In this document: piece by piece, positions 1 through 7,647 of the stretch
Layout of the letters: every line of letters begins with the position of its first letter
Numbering within the stretch: the first letter of the stretch is position 1
From: a virus
Length of the DNA stretch: 64,000 bases
Virus record (IMG/VR): IMGVR_UViG_3300046049_000005
Span: 1-64,000 of that record
Direction: 5' to 3' (one strand)
Translations under genes and position numbers: made by a program
Notes under the pieces: model-generated
What the model was told of the DNA's origin: nothing
The model's database searches: none
Seen by the model: only the letters and a program-made list of their open reading frames with translations

Positions 1-693
1 GGCCGAAAATCAGACTGAGATGGCTCTGTTATGTGGTCGGGGTTACTAAATATCCCACCCACCCCCCACCCTCTGATGTTCTAACCCTCCGATGTATCCC
101 CCATACCCTCCATACTGAAGGAATACTTCACCTGAAGACCCGTCCACGCTTCGCCTCCGCGGTCTATACGTGTAACCCCCACCTGAAGGGGTACCTCCAG
201 GTTCGGGCAACGCCGACACACCCGGAGTGAAGCGCAGTGAAACCCACATAGGGGGCGCGGTTGTGTATGCAGGATGCACACCCACAGTCATTGCACCCCC
301 TGGGGACAGCTTCAAGCCTACTGAATTTTGGAGATTGGGGTACCCTCTGGAATTGGAGGGTTGAAGTCGCTTAGCTCCGGAATTTCTCGCCCGACATTTA
401 CCCCAATCCTTCGGTGTTGGTGGTTCTCCATCGTATTTTCGGAGAATAGAGGATTTAGACTGACTCAACCCCGGAGAACACCGTAGAAATCCCCAATACG
501 GTCGTTTTCAGAAGATAGAACATCCTAAGACCCTCATTTTCGGTGTCTTCTTTCAATGGGGGTTTGACTGAATATTAGGGGGGTGTGTGAACCGTTCAGA
601 ATCGCAAGACTTGTGCGCACAATGATGTGCATCGACCCCCCCTTAATCTCGACCGAAGGGTTTATGTAGTACCGGGTTGAACAGTGAACTGCG
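1..693. other. ORF-poor left-end non-coding region
   Basis: The only six-frame ORFs are Pro/Arg/Gly-rich, unlike the acidic proteome elsewhere. Contains C-runs and small hairpins. The first convincing gene starts at 694. It may include a genome terminus or terminal repeat, but no second copy is visible in the window. Confidence 0.5.
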
Positions 694-1404
694 ATGTCGG
701 AAAGCAACCGGCGGTCGAAGGTCGCAGCGAAGCTGAATGAACTGGCGAAAGCCCTTGAAGTGGACATCGAAGATGTCCAAGTCACCATCGAAGATGGTGG
801 GTTTAGCAACACCGTCATAGACGGTGTTGAGGTGGCCGAGTACCTCACCGAAGGTGAGGAGGAACAGACTCCTACGGAGTCTGAAAACGCCACCGAAGGT
901 GGCGACGAGGCGGAAATCCATTTCGAAGAAATGGATTACAAGCACCTTCAGAAGCTTGCTTCTGAAGAACTGGCGGAGTACCCCGAAGACTCCAGTCGAG
1001 ATGGCCTCATAGAGGCCATGAAGGGCAATGTCGGAATCGAAGATTCCGAGTTCCACCAGACTCCTACGGAGTCTGACAACACTACCGAAGGTAGTGACAC
1101 CGAAGCCGAAGTCAGCGAAGCTGACTTGCTGGAAGCCGGAGTGAAGCCGAAGAACATCGAAGATGTTCTGGAGTACCGTTCGAAGAACGGTGTTTGCTCC
1201 GTCGAAGACTGCCCCTACGGGGCAAGCTCCGAAGAGTCGGACCACTGTGCTTCCCATCGGGGAAGCAGTTCGAACTCGGAGAGTTCGGAGTCTCCGAAGG
1301 AGAACCGGGAACTGTCGGAACTCAGCGAAGCTGAGAAGAGCCTCGTTTCGACTCTCATCGAAGATGAGGGTAAGGGCCTCGAAGAGGCCATCAGCATGGT
1401 CTAA
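694..1404 (+). CDS. hypothetical acidic early protein with a Cys/His metal-binding-like patch
   Basis: 236-aa D/E/S/T-rich ORF. Internal duplication QTPTES(E/D)N(A/T)TEG. Patch CSVEDC...HCASH. C-terminal motif LSEAEKSLVSTLIEDEG resembles the C-terminus of 4503..5549. Contains five of the ATCGAAGAT palindromes. Confidence 0.75.
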   Translation: MSESNRRSKVAAKLNELAKALEVDIEDVQVTIEDGGFSNTVIDGVEVAEYLTEGEEEQTPTESENATEGGDEAEIHFEEMDYKHLQKLASEELAEYPEDSSRDGLIEAMKGNVGIEDSEFHQTPTESDNTTEGSDTEAEVSEADLLEAGVKPKNIEDVLEYRSKNGVCSVEDCPYGASSEESDHCASHRGSSSNSESSESPKENRELSELSEAEKSLVSTLIEDEGKGLEEAISMV

Positions 1405-1558
1405 CTCCCTTTGGGAGTTAAGGACTCAAAGCCTTTGGCTTTGAATCATCGTAGATGACTACCGGTGCCGATGACCACCTTCGGTGGTGACGGTCAGGCT
1501 CCAATTTCTTAGAAATCGTGAAACCCAATGACGACAGAATCCAACATCGAAGATGTTG
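761..1558. repeat. cluster of six perfect palindromes centred on ATCGAAGAT
   Basis: 761-779 TGGACATCGAAGATGTCCA; 783-799 CACCATCGAAGATGGTG; 1031-1049 TCGGAATCGAAGATTCCGA; 1151-1169 AGAACATCGAAGATGTTCT; 1354-1368 CTCATCGAAGATGAG; 1542-1558 CAACATCGAAGATGTTG. All are in frame as x-I-E-D-x. Confidence 0.9.
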
Positions 1559-1722
1559 CATCGACTTCAAACAATTCCGAAGAAGTCTGGTTCACCACTT
1601 ATAGTGGTGACGAAGAGACTCACGAAGAGTGGAAGTCGTCGCAAACCCTCGAAGGGACCATTAGCGAGTCTAACTCGCTAAGAGCTTCGAGGACCACCCC
1701 GACAGAAGGGGGGGAACGATGA
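1528..1722 (+). CDS. hypothetical acidic protein
   Basis: 64-aa acidic ORF. Its stop overlaps the next start (ATGA at 1719). Contains one ATCGAAGAT palindrome. Confidence 0.6.
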   Translation: MTTESNIEDVASTSNNSEEVWFTTYSGDEETHEEWKSSQTLEGTISESNSLRASRTTPTEGGER

Positions 1723-1949
1723 ATCCGAAGACCGCTTCGGACTTCCTCGTAGCCTCTCCAAAAGTCTTCGAGGGATGGAGTGAGGAAGAAGAAGACCGAT
1801 GGGAACGAATTGGAGAGGCATCCCATAAAGGATGGGTCTGGATGACCCCCGCCGGAGCTATTCCCATTCAACCGATGGAAGGCGACGAAGTCCTTCAGTT
1901 CCTTGAAGAGCTGACGAAGTCTCGGCCCAAAGAGGCGAGCAATGAATAA
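1719..1949 (+). CDS. hypothetical protein
   Basis: 76-aa ORF translationally coupled to both neighbours. Acidic, Trp-rich. Confidence 0.6.
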   Translation: MNPKTASDFLVASPKVFEGWSEEEEDRWERIGEASHKGWVWMTPAGAIPIQPMEGDEVLQFLEELTKSRPKEASNE

Positions 1950-2217
1950 ACTCCAAAGGAGTTTCGACCTAAGCCGTGACCCTTCCGAGTATGAGGCTTC
2001 GACTCACCTCCTTCAAATGATTCGAGAGAGAAACATCCTTGAAAAGGATGTCGTGACGGAAGTAATTGAAGAGGGGGAAGTGGTCAAAGTCGATAGTAAC
2101 AACGGGGGTTCTGACCAATGCGTAACCCTTCGGGGCGAATGGCTCTTTAGCACTTTCGAGGTGAAAGTCTGTCCGAGGGATAAGGTGGTTCAGACCGCTT
2201 ACGAAGTCAAAGCGTAA
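1942..2217 (+). CDS. hypothetical protein
   Basis: 91-aa acidic ORF overlapping the previous stop. Followed by a T-tract. Confidence 0.65.
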   Translation: MNKLQRSFDLSRDPSEYEASTHLLQMIRERNILEKDVVTEVIEEGEVVKVDSNNGGSDQCVTLRGEWLFSTFEVKVCPRDKVVQTAYEVKA

Positions 2218-2237
2218 GGGACTTTTCGGATTCCGTC

Positions 2238-2247
2238 TTTTTTATTT
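2238..2247 (+). terminator. oligo-T tract, candidate archaeal terminator of the first gene cluster
   Basis: CTTTTTTATTT starts 20 nt after the stop at 2217. Archaeal termination commonly uses T-runs. Confidence 0.45.
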
Positions 2248-2272
2248 AGCGATATTGTGAGTAGCCAAGCCG

Positions 2273-2528
2273 TTCTAAGAGCCATGAGTAGGTCGTGAAG
2301 GAATTTTGTGCCAAAGGCGGTGGTACCCCTCGTAGCTTCTTAGAATAGTTTCTAACCCCCGTCACGACTCCAGAAATAGGTACTAAGACTCAACTTTCCA
2401 TTCTTAGAGCCATGAATAGGGTCAAGAGCTATTTCTAACCAAAGCTAAGGCGTACCCCTCGGTAGCTATTTGATACGCTCTAAGCCCTACTCATGCCTCC
2501 AGAAATCCCTCTCAAGACTCAAGCCTCG
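2273..2528. repeat. two imperfect ~128-nt tandem repeats
   Basis: The units start TTCT(A/T)AGAGCCATGA(G/A)TAGG at 2273 and 2401. They share GTACCCCTCG(G)TAGCT, CCAGAAAT and AAGACTCAA (2385, 2514). An inverted CATGAGTAGG copy lies at 2484-2497. Confidence 0.7.
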
Positions 2529-2598
2529 GAAACAAATCTCTTTGTGGAAACTCTCAATGTCCTACTTCGGAAGTAACACCCCCATTGTACCAGTTCTA

Positions 2599-2690
2599 AA
2601 GGTGATACTCGGGAAAGGGAGTGATACCCTCAATGTACTACCCTCAAAGTGGATACTCGGGAAAGGAGTTACTACCCTCAAAGTGGATTG
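2599..2690. repeat. two ~38-nt direct repeats, period 48 nt
   Basis: AAGGTGATACTCGGGAAAGGGAGTGATACCCTCAATGT versus AAGTGGATACTCGGGAAAGGAGTTACTACCCTCAAAGT. The sub-repeat TACCCTCAA(A/T)GT occurs three times. Confidence 0.75.
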
Positions 2691-2733
2691 TTAGAGAGTA
2701 GACCTAAACGGTGTGTACCTTTGCGGGTTTAGT

Positions 2734-2788
2734 CTCGATAAGGGGGGCGGACCCTTACCGTGTTAACGTTCAGTGATATACTTATCCC
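2734..2788 (+). repeat. shared intergenic module (copy 1 of 3)
   Basis: CTCGATAAGGGGGGCGGACCCTTACCGTGTTAACGTTCAGTGATATACTTATCCC. About 80% identical to 22672-22726 and to the reverse complement of 22787-22842. The last 18 nt are identical to the latter. Confidence 0.85.
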
Positions 2789-2830
2789 TCCTATACTAAC
2801 CGTTCAGGTCCAACTTTTGGTCCTAACTAT

Positions 2831-2948
2831 ACGGTACGTACAGTTAACGGTACGTACCATTAATGGTATGTACAAAGAGTCACCACCCTTAGAGGGTACC
2901 ACAAAGGGAGTACCACCGTAGAGTGTTATACTATTATAATAATATTAC
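2831..2948. promoter_or_regulatory. iteron-like 16-nt repeats plus an AT-rich stretch (candidate origin or regulatory hub)
   Basis: Three tandem 16-mers (ACGGTACGTACAGTTA, ACGGTACGTACCATTA, ATGGTATGTACAAAGA) at 2831-2878, including the 10-nt palindrome GGTACGTACC. GTACCAC(C) repeats at 2881-2915. AT-rich GTTATACTATTATAATAATATTACA at 2924-2948. Confidence 0.4.
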
Positions 2949-3289
2949 AGCAGCAGGGAGTAAGCACACACGCGCGAGGCTCGCTTCGCTCCGCGACTCG
3001 CTTCGCTCGTCGCTTACCGCGACCGCTCCGCGAAGGGACCACCACCTTATCGAGATGGAACACAGGGGGGAACCCTTTGAAGGAATAAACACAGAGGGGG
3101 TTTCCCGAGGAGAATTTTTCCACCAGACTTACCCCGGAATCTATCCCAGTTAGCGGCAAATATTGTCGGAGCCGAAACCCAATTTTCAGTCTGTGAGAGT
3201 CGAAAAATCTATGTCTCTCAGTAATCCCTATTCTCCGATTTTGCCGATACAGACTCTCTATCGGCAGAAATCAGCAGCGCAGCGGGAAG

Positions 3290-4396
3290 CGATAGATATA
3301 AGTACAACCGGGTTGAATTGTATGATAGGTCGGCGCAGGTACGCGGGACATCTCCGGGCACACACGCGGTGTGTTGTGCCTCGGAGGTTCCCCCTCACCC
3401 CCGCTCGCGTAATTAAGTGGGGTCGAGGCGGCCTTTAAGGGCCTTCGGCCCTTGCACGATACCCCTCGAAGAGTTCCTTCGGGAAATGGTAGCCCTTGAC
3501 AGGGCTTGAAATAAGTGGGGCGGTTACAATGCACTCCCCGTTACGGGGAGACGTGTCAGTAGCCGTTGAATATCTAAAAGCGACGTTGGGGGCGTTCCCC
3601 CCTGAAGCCACGTTCGCTAAGTTCATCCCAAAACCCTTCGTGTTTAGTAAGCTTGGTCGCGGTCTTCGGAACAACGCGAACCGAAGCCTTCGGGCTTTGG
3701 GGATGTGGCGTTCCCCGGACACCAATCTTGGCCCTTTGGGTGAAGGACGTTATGACGGAAGTTCTCCCGAACGAACCCTCGGAAGGTGCGAAAGCAGAAG
3801 CGAGGCCGGGAAATAAACCATGTTTGAACGTCTAAGGCCATTGCGGGAGATGCACTTCGGCAGAAGTGAGTACCCCATTAGGGACCCCCCACTTCGGTAC
3901 CTGAAACCTCACGGTGAATGGGACGAAGTGGTCAGGGAACCGCCAGCTTTGGCTTCACGCCGAAGCGGTAGGAAACTCCAGCGTTGGAGTGGACCCGAAG
4001 CGGCGTTTCAGGGAGTTCGGACCCTTTGGCTCCTTGATAGCCCACGAAGGCCGACCGACCCAAGAGGGTCACGATGATACCGTTACGGAGCCAAAATTGC
4101 CACGGAAAACCGGACGTTGAAGCTTTCGGGTAAGGCATCGAGAGATGTTCCGTCGAAGGTGGAGTTACGGGTAATGTCCGAGGGACCGTTGGAGTCCTCC
4201 TTAAACGGAGTAAGCCAACTTACATTTAATCGGACTAAGACAACTGGCGCAACGCAACCTATGAATTGACGAGAGTTCCTCGTCAGTTCAATCCGCGCTT
4301 CAAAGCGAACGGGAGCAACGAAGAGGCCTTCGGCCTCGGTTGTTACGGCGATGATGTAACGGAACTGACAAAGCCAGGAGATAGCGGCGTCGGTTA
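3290..4396 (+). ncRNA. candidate large structured non-coding RNA (class unknown)
   Basis: About 1.1 kb with no acidic ORF; the six-frame ORFs are Arg/Pro/Gly-rich. Dense stable hairpins, many capped by CTTCGG or GAAA: 3437-3453, 3474-3485, 3491-3506, 3534-3550, 3588-3601, 3684-3697, 3777-3805, 3853-3868, 3975-3990, 4268-4284, 4323-4337. Long-range pairings 3889-3895/3925-3931 and 4025-4033/4087-4095. Strand and ends are inferred. Confidence 0.5.
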
Positions 4397-4430
4397 GGAC
4401 CGCAGAGAAATTTATAAAAATCTGCGGTCC
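4397..4430 (+). promoter_or_regulatory. 10-bp inverted repeat enclosing a TATA-like box
   Basis: GGACCGCAGA-gaaatttataaaaa-TCTGCGGTCC. The TTTATA lies in the loop, about 90 nt upstream of the ATG at 4503. This looks like a promoter with an operator-like symmetry. Confidence 0.45.
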
Positions 4431-4502
4431 CCGACCCCGACCCCTTCGGGAGCGGTAAGGGGAGTGACGTTGCTCTACTTAGTGAGCAACACCCCAACTG
4501 CA

Positions 4503-5549
4503 ATGGCTATCGACTTCGCAACTCCGACCGCCGAACGTAGTAACGACAGCAACAGCAACGACGACGGTAGCGAGGCGTCTTTCGACGCGAATGAGTTGGC
4601 GGAGCTTTACATCGAAGCTTCGGAGTACGCCGCAACGCTCGCTGAAATGCGAGAGGCCAACGACATCGGGTGGCCTTCGATGGAGAGTGACCCTTCGATG
4701 GAGCAGTATTCGGACCTTCGGAGTCGTCACGAAGACAGCCACATCGCAAAGCGCCTCACCGTTTTCGCGGTTTGCGCGAAGGGCGAGCTTGGTGAGGAGC
4801 AGAACCACGTTAACGACCATTCCATCTCCGATTACGAAGAGTCGTATCCGGAGCTTCCCAGAACCACCTGGAGTGGTCTAAACGACGACGAGAAGGAGAT
4901 GCTTCGTGACGAAGGCATCGACCTCGAAGAGCTTGGCTTCGATGACGACTTCGATGGGCCGAAGCTTCTCGAAGTCGATGGCGAGCGACTGCCCCTCGGT
5001 CTTGAAGAGGGCGATGTGGAAAAGGCGGAGCGCATCTTCGGTAAGCTTCCCACCGAGCCTTCCGCCGCTACCGAAGATGGCTTCCGCGAGTCTTCCGACC
5101 CCGCCGTTTTCGGTGACGCCGATTCCAGCGAGGAAAGCACCGATAAGGTGGTGGATGATGACAGCGAAGACGACGCCGAGGCTGTCGAAGACAGCGAGGC
5201 GGAGGATGAGCCGGAGCTGGACCTTGCCGAGAATCCCGCCGCCGTTACCGAGGCCAACGCTCTGTACGTTCGAAGCGCCGTGACTGACATCACTTCGAAG
5301 CGTACCCTTCAGCGGATGAAGCGGGTCGAAGAGACGAACGACAACCGGAGCAGCGTTATCGGTCGCATCGAAGAGCGGCTTAACGCTTCGGATGTTGGCA
5401 ACGCCGCAGATACCGTTGACGGTGACAGCGACAGCGACAACAGCGACGACCGCAGCCTTAACGAGACTGAGATGAATCTCGCCACCACCCTTATCGAGAA
5501 CGACATCGTTGATAACCTCGATGAGGCCAAGGCGGAAATTCTCGGCTAA
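4503..5549 (+). CDS. hypothetical highly acidic protein
   Basis: Long D/E-rich ORF. The ORF track starts at a GTG at 4464; the first ATG (MAIDFATP) is at 4503. C-terminal LNETEMNLATTLIENDIV parallels the C-terminus of 694..1404. Confidence 0.75.
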   Translation: MAIDFATPTAERSNDSNSNDDGSEASFDANELAELYIEASEYAATLAEMREANDIGWPSMESDPSMEQYSDLRSRHEDSHIAKRLTVFAVCAKGELGEEQNHVNDHSISDYEESYPELPRTTWSGLNDDEKEMLRDEGIDLEELGFDDDFDGPKLLEVDGERLPLGLEEGDVEKAERIFGKLPTEPSAATEDGFRESSDPAVFGDADSSEESTDKVVDDDSEDDAEAVEDSEAEDEPELDLAENPAAVTEANALYVRSAVTDITSKRTLQRMKRVEETNDNRSSVIGRIEERLNASDVGNAADTVDGDSDSDNSDDRSLNETEMNLATTLIENDIVDNLDEAKAEILG

Positions 5550-5667
5550 TTCGATTCTCCCCTAAGACTTAAGCCGCTGGTTGTTTACTCTTAACCCGTT
5601 GGGTTAGTGACCCCTTCGGTTCGTGACCGACCGGGTTACTTGCGGTGCAGAGCAGAGGTGATGAGAA

Positions 5668-5814
5668 ATGTCAAATCACAAAGACTACGAAAGTGGAATG
5701 GGCCATGTCGAACCGTTCGATGACCGTGCCGAAGCCGAAGACGACCCCCATGTCGTTGACCCCGAAGTAATCGAACCTGACGAGCGATTCAGTGACGAAG
5801 CTCCGTTCTACTGA
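5668..5814 (+). CDS. small acidic protein (48 aa)
   Basis: ATG preceded by GAGGTGA. MSNHKDYESGMGHVEPFDDRAEAEDDPHVVDPEVIEPDERFSDEAPFY. Ends 2 nt before the next start. Below the ORF-track size cut-off. Confidence 0.5.
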   Translation: MSNHKDYESGMGHVEPFDDRAEAEDDPHVVDPEVIEPDERFSDEAPFY

Positions 5815-5816
5815 AA

Positions 5817-6026
5817 ATGAGTGACAACACCATCGAAGATGAGCTGGATGAGGAGAAGCTGGAAGAGATAGAAGACGCGAAGCGAGAGGCGAGGCGAAGC
5901 AAGACGAAGTGGGGCAGTCAGATAACTGACGATGACGACACCGTTGCTGGGGCAACAATCGAGGAGATAATGGCTAACTATGGAGTGACCCCTGAAGAAG
6001 CGAAGGAAATGTATCGAAATCGATGA
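5817..6026 (+). CDS. hypothetical acidic protein
   Basis: 69-aa ORF with an ATGA overlap to the next gene. Confidence 0.6.
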   Translation: MSDNTIEDELDEEKLEEIEDAKREARRSKTKWGSQITDDDDTVAGATIEEIMANYGVTPEEAKEMYRNR

Positions 6027-6220
6027 GTCACGAATACAACGACCCCGACTGGGAGTTCGAGGTCGATACGGTGCAGCGAGGCGGGATTACGAAGCGAACC
6101 AAAGTGAGGCGTCACGGTAGGGTTCACTACCCCGACGTTAGCGACGAGGTTGACGAGAGCGAAAAGCGCGAGCGAAAGGACCGAGGCTTCGACGGTCACG
6201 GAATCCCAACTGGTATCTAA
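6023..6220 (+). CDS. hypothetical protein
   Basis: 65-aa ORF, coupled to neighbours. Confidence 0.55.
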   Translation: MSHEYNDPDWEFEVDTVQRGGITKRTKVRRHGRVHYPDVSDEVDESEKRERKDRGFDGHGIPTGI

Positions 6221-6222
6221 TC

Positions 6223-6375
6223 ATGGATAACAGACAAAGGTTCTTAGACGGCTTAGGCAACGCCCTCGTGAATGCTAAGATGTTCCGAGAGATGGATTCA
6301 CCAGAATCGAGGGCCGCCTTTGGCACAACGTTCCGAGCGGCAGAGAGGGCGTACTACGGAGATGTTTCTCGATGA
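6223..6375 (+). CDS. small hypothetical protein (50 aa)
   Basis: ATG 2 nt after the previous stop. Its stop overlaps the ATG at 6372. MDNRQRFLDGLGNALVNAKMFREMDSPESRAAFGTTFRAAERAYYGDVSR. Confidence 0.45.
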   Translation: MDNRQRFLDGLGNALVNAKMFREMDSPESRAAFGTTFRAAERAYYGDVSR

Positions 6376-6635
6376 AAGAGACACCCAACATCGCGGCGGC
6401 AGAGGGACCGGACGAAGAAGTGCGACTGAAGAGCCTTCTTGCCTCAATGTTTCACGGTCGCATCGACAGCTTCGAGTTCAAAGATGTGACTGTGAGGCGG
6501 TGCGTCGATTCAATTGAGGTGGTTGTTGATTACGAAGGAACGGTCGGGGGTAGGCTCTATATCCCCTCTACAACCGTTCAGTTCGCCTATGAGTGGCTCG
6601 AAGAGAAGAACGAAATCTATGGCGACTGGCAATGA
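6372..6635 (+). CDS. hypothetical protein
   Basis: 87-aa acidic ORF. Confidence 0.6.
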   Translation: MKETPNIAAAEGPDEEVRLKSLLASMFHGRIDSFEFKDVTVRRCVDSIEVVVDYEGTVGGRLYIPSTTVQFAYEWLEEKNEIYGDWQ

Positions 6636-6742
6636 GTTATCGACGCTATCGACGGCGACTTCGCCGCAAGGGGTTGCGGTGCGGAGGGAGTCGAGAGGGA
6701 ACCACCACCTTATCGGTTCGGAACATCGGAGGTAGATAATCC

Positions 6743-7006
6743 ATGAAGCTAACAATAGGTGAGAAGTGGCATAAGGTGACAGAGAGTTACGTCGAAGAGC
6801 TGACCGTCGAAGGCATCGCCGTTCTCGATGGTCGAATTGAAAGGGGTGAAGTAGTCCATTCAAACAATGACGAGTTGAAAATCGAAGTGAGAATCATCAA
6901 TAACAACAATGCGCGATTCTTCACGACCGGAATCAGACTGAAGCATCTGGTTCAAGACTGGGAGCGAGGCGAGGCTCCAGTTGAAATGCCGGGGATGCTC
7001 GTTTGA
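6743..7006 (+). CDS. hypothetical protein
   Basis: 87-aa ORF. The 14-mer CCACCACCTTATCG (6702-6715) lies ~30 nt upstream of the ATG. Confidence 0.6.
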   Translation: MKLTIGEKWHKVTESYVEELTVEGIAVLDGRIERGEVVHSNNDELKIEVRIINNNNARFFTTGIRLKHLVQDWERGEAPVEMPGMLV

Positions 7007-7080
7007 TGTTCCTAATCGAAGAAAAGACTTAACTCGCTTCGCGTTAATTGTTAAATAGGGGCGAAACCCCGAAAGGGGTC

Positions 7081-7114
7081 GAGGGGGTGCTGGCCGCTCC
7101 CCTCCTGATGAGCC
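7081..7114 (+). promoter_or_regulatory. leader hairpin plus CCTGATGAGCC box (copy 1)
   Basis: GAGGGG-gtgctggccgct-CCCCTC followed by CCTGATGAGCC. The same box and a covarying hairpin recur at 14066-14095. It lies ~40 nt upstream of the ATG at 7153. Confidence 0.45.
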
Positions 7115-7152
7115 TACGGCTTCATCGGACACAACCTTCCGAGGAAAGACCA

Positions 7153-7647
7153 ATGACACGAAACGACGACGGATTCAACGTAGTCGAAGAGATGCCCCCT
7201 TCGGAGTGGGCGAACTATCGCTTCGATGCCTTCGGTGAGTACATCCACCTCGTTCCCGACCCCGAAGCAGGCGAGCTTCGGTGCTACCGTTCGATAAGCG
7301 AGCCGGCAAAGGAGAGCGAGCGAATCAAGACGACCATCGAGAGGGTGAAGTTCACCTTCAACTGGGAGAGAGAAGAAGATAAGCTGAATTACTTCTATCT
7401 CACCGCCCAGAAGGCCGAGTCGTTCCTGACCTTTGTTGACCTCCTTAGCAGGGGTCGAGAGAGTTCGGTCGGCTTCTCGTGGTGGGAAGAAAGTGGGATG
7501 AAAATGATGGAAAGCGAGCGAAGCGGAGTCGAAACGTTGAACCTTCGCTTCACGAAGCCGAACGGAGTCGAGCGACGGATGCAAATTACCTCGGCTTGGC
7601 AGTGTCCGGTTCACAAGATGGCTGGCATCGAAGGTGAGGGATTTTAA
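7153..7647 (+). CDS. hypothetical protein
   Basis: The first ATG (MTRNDDGF...) is chosen over the upstream alternative start at 7048, whose N-terminus covers the structured leader. The 19 nt around the ATG are identical to those at 8093. Confidence 0.65.
   Translation: MTRNDDGFNVVEEMPPSEWANYRFDAFGEYIHLVPDPEAGELRCYRSISEPAKESERIKTTIERVKFTFNWEREEDKLNYFYLTAQKAESFLTFVDLLSRGRESSVGFSWWEESGMKMMESERSGVETLNLRFTKPNGVERRMQITSAWQCPVHKMAGIEGEGF

Noticed and set aside
2599-2690. The two ~38-nt direct repeats as a mini-CRISPR array
   Set aside because: There are only two imperfect copies (~85% identical) separated by ~10 nt that is itself part of a sub-repeat. There is no spacer-sized unique sequence and no further repeats.
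3290-4396. Whether the large structured segment is a known RNA (RNase P RNA, SRP RNA, or a group I or group II intron)
   Set aside because: I could not find the universal RNase P P4/CR-I strings (GGAAAGTCC-type). I found no SRP helix-8 context beyond a superficial GGAAGG...AGCAG resemblance at 3781-3797. I found no group II 5' GTGYG plus domain V, and no intron-like flanking exons. The class is left as unknown rather than forced into a family.
3163-4503. Ten overlapping six-frame ORFs of 60-106 aa across the non-coding block (for example 3496..3816, 3820..4077 and 3435..3725)
   Set aside because: All are Arg/Pro/Gly/Ser-rich and basic, mutually overlapping on both strands, and lack coupled starts. 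Every convincing protein in the window is strongly acidic. The region is better explained as structured RNA.
7101-7125. CTGATGAG at 7105 and 14086 as hammerhead ribozyme cores
   Set aside because: The sequence after CTGATGA does not form a stem II followed by GAAA and a stem III with a cleavable UH site at either locus.
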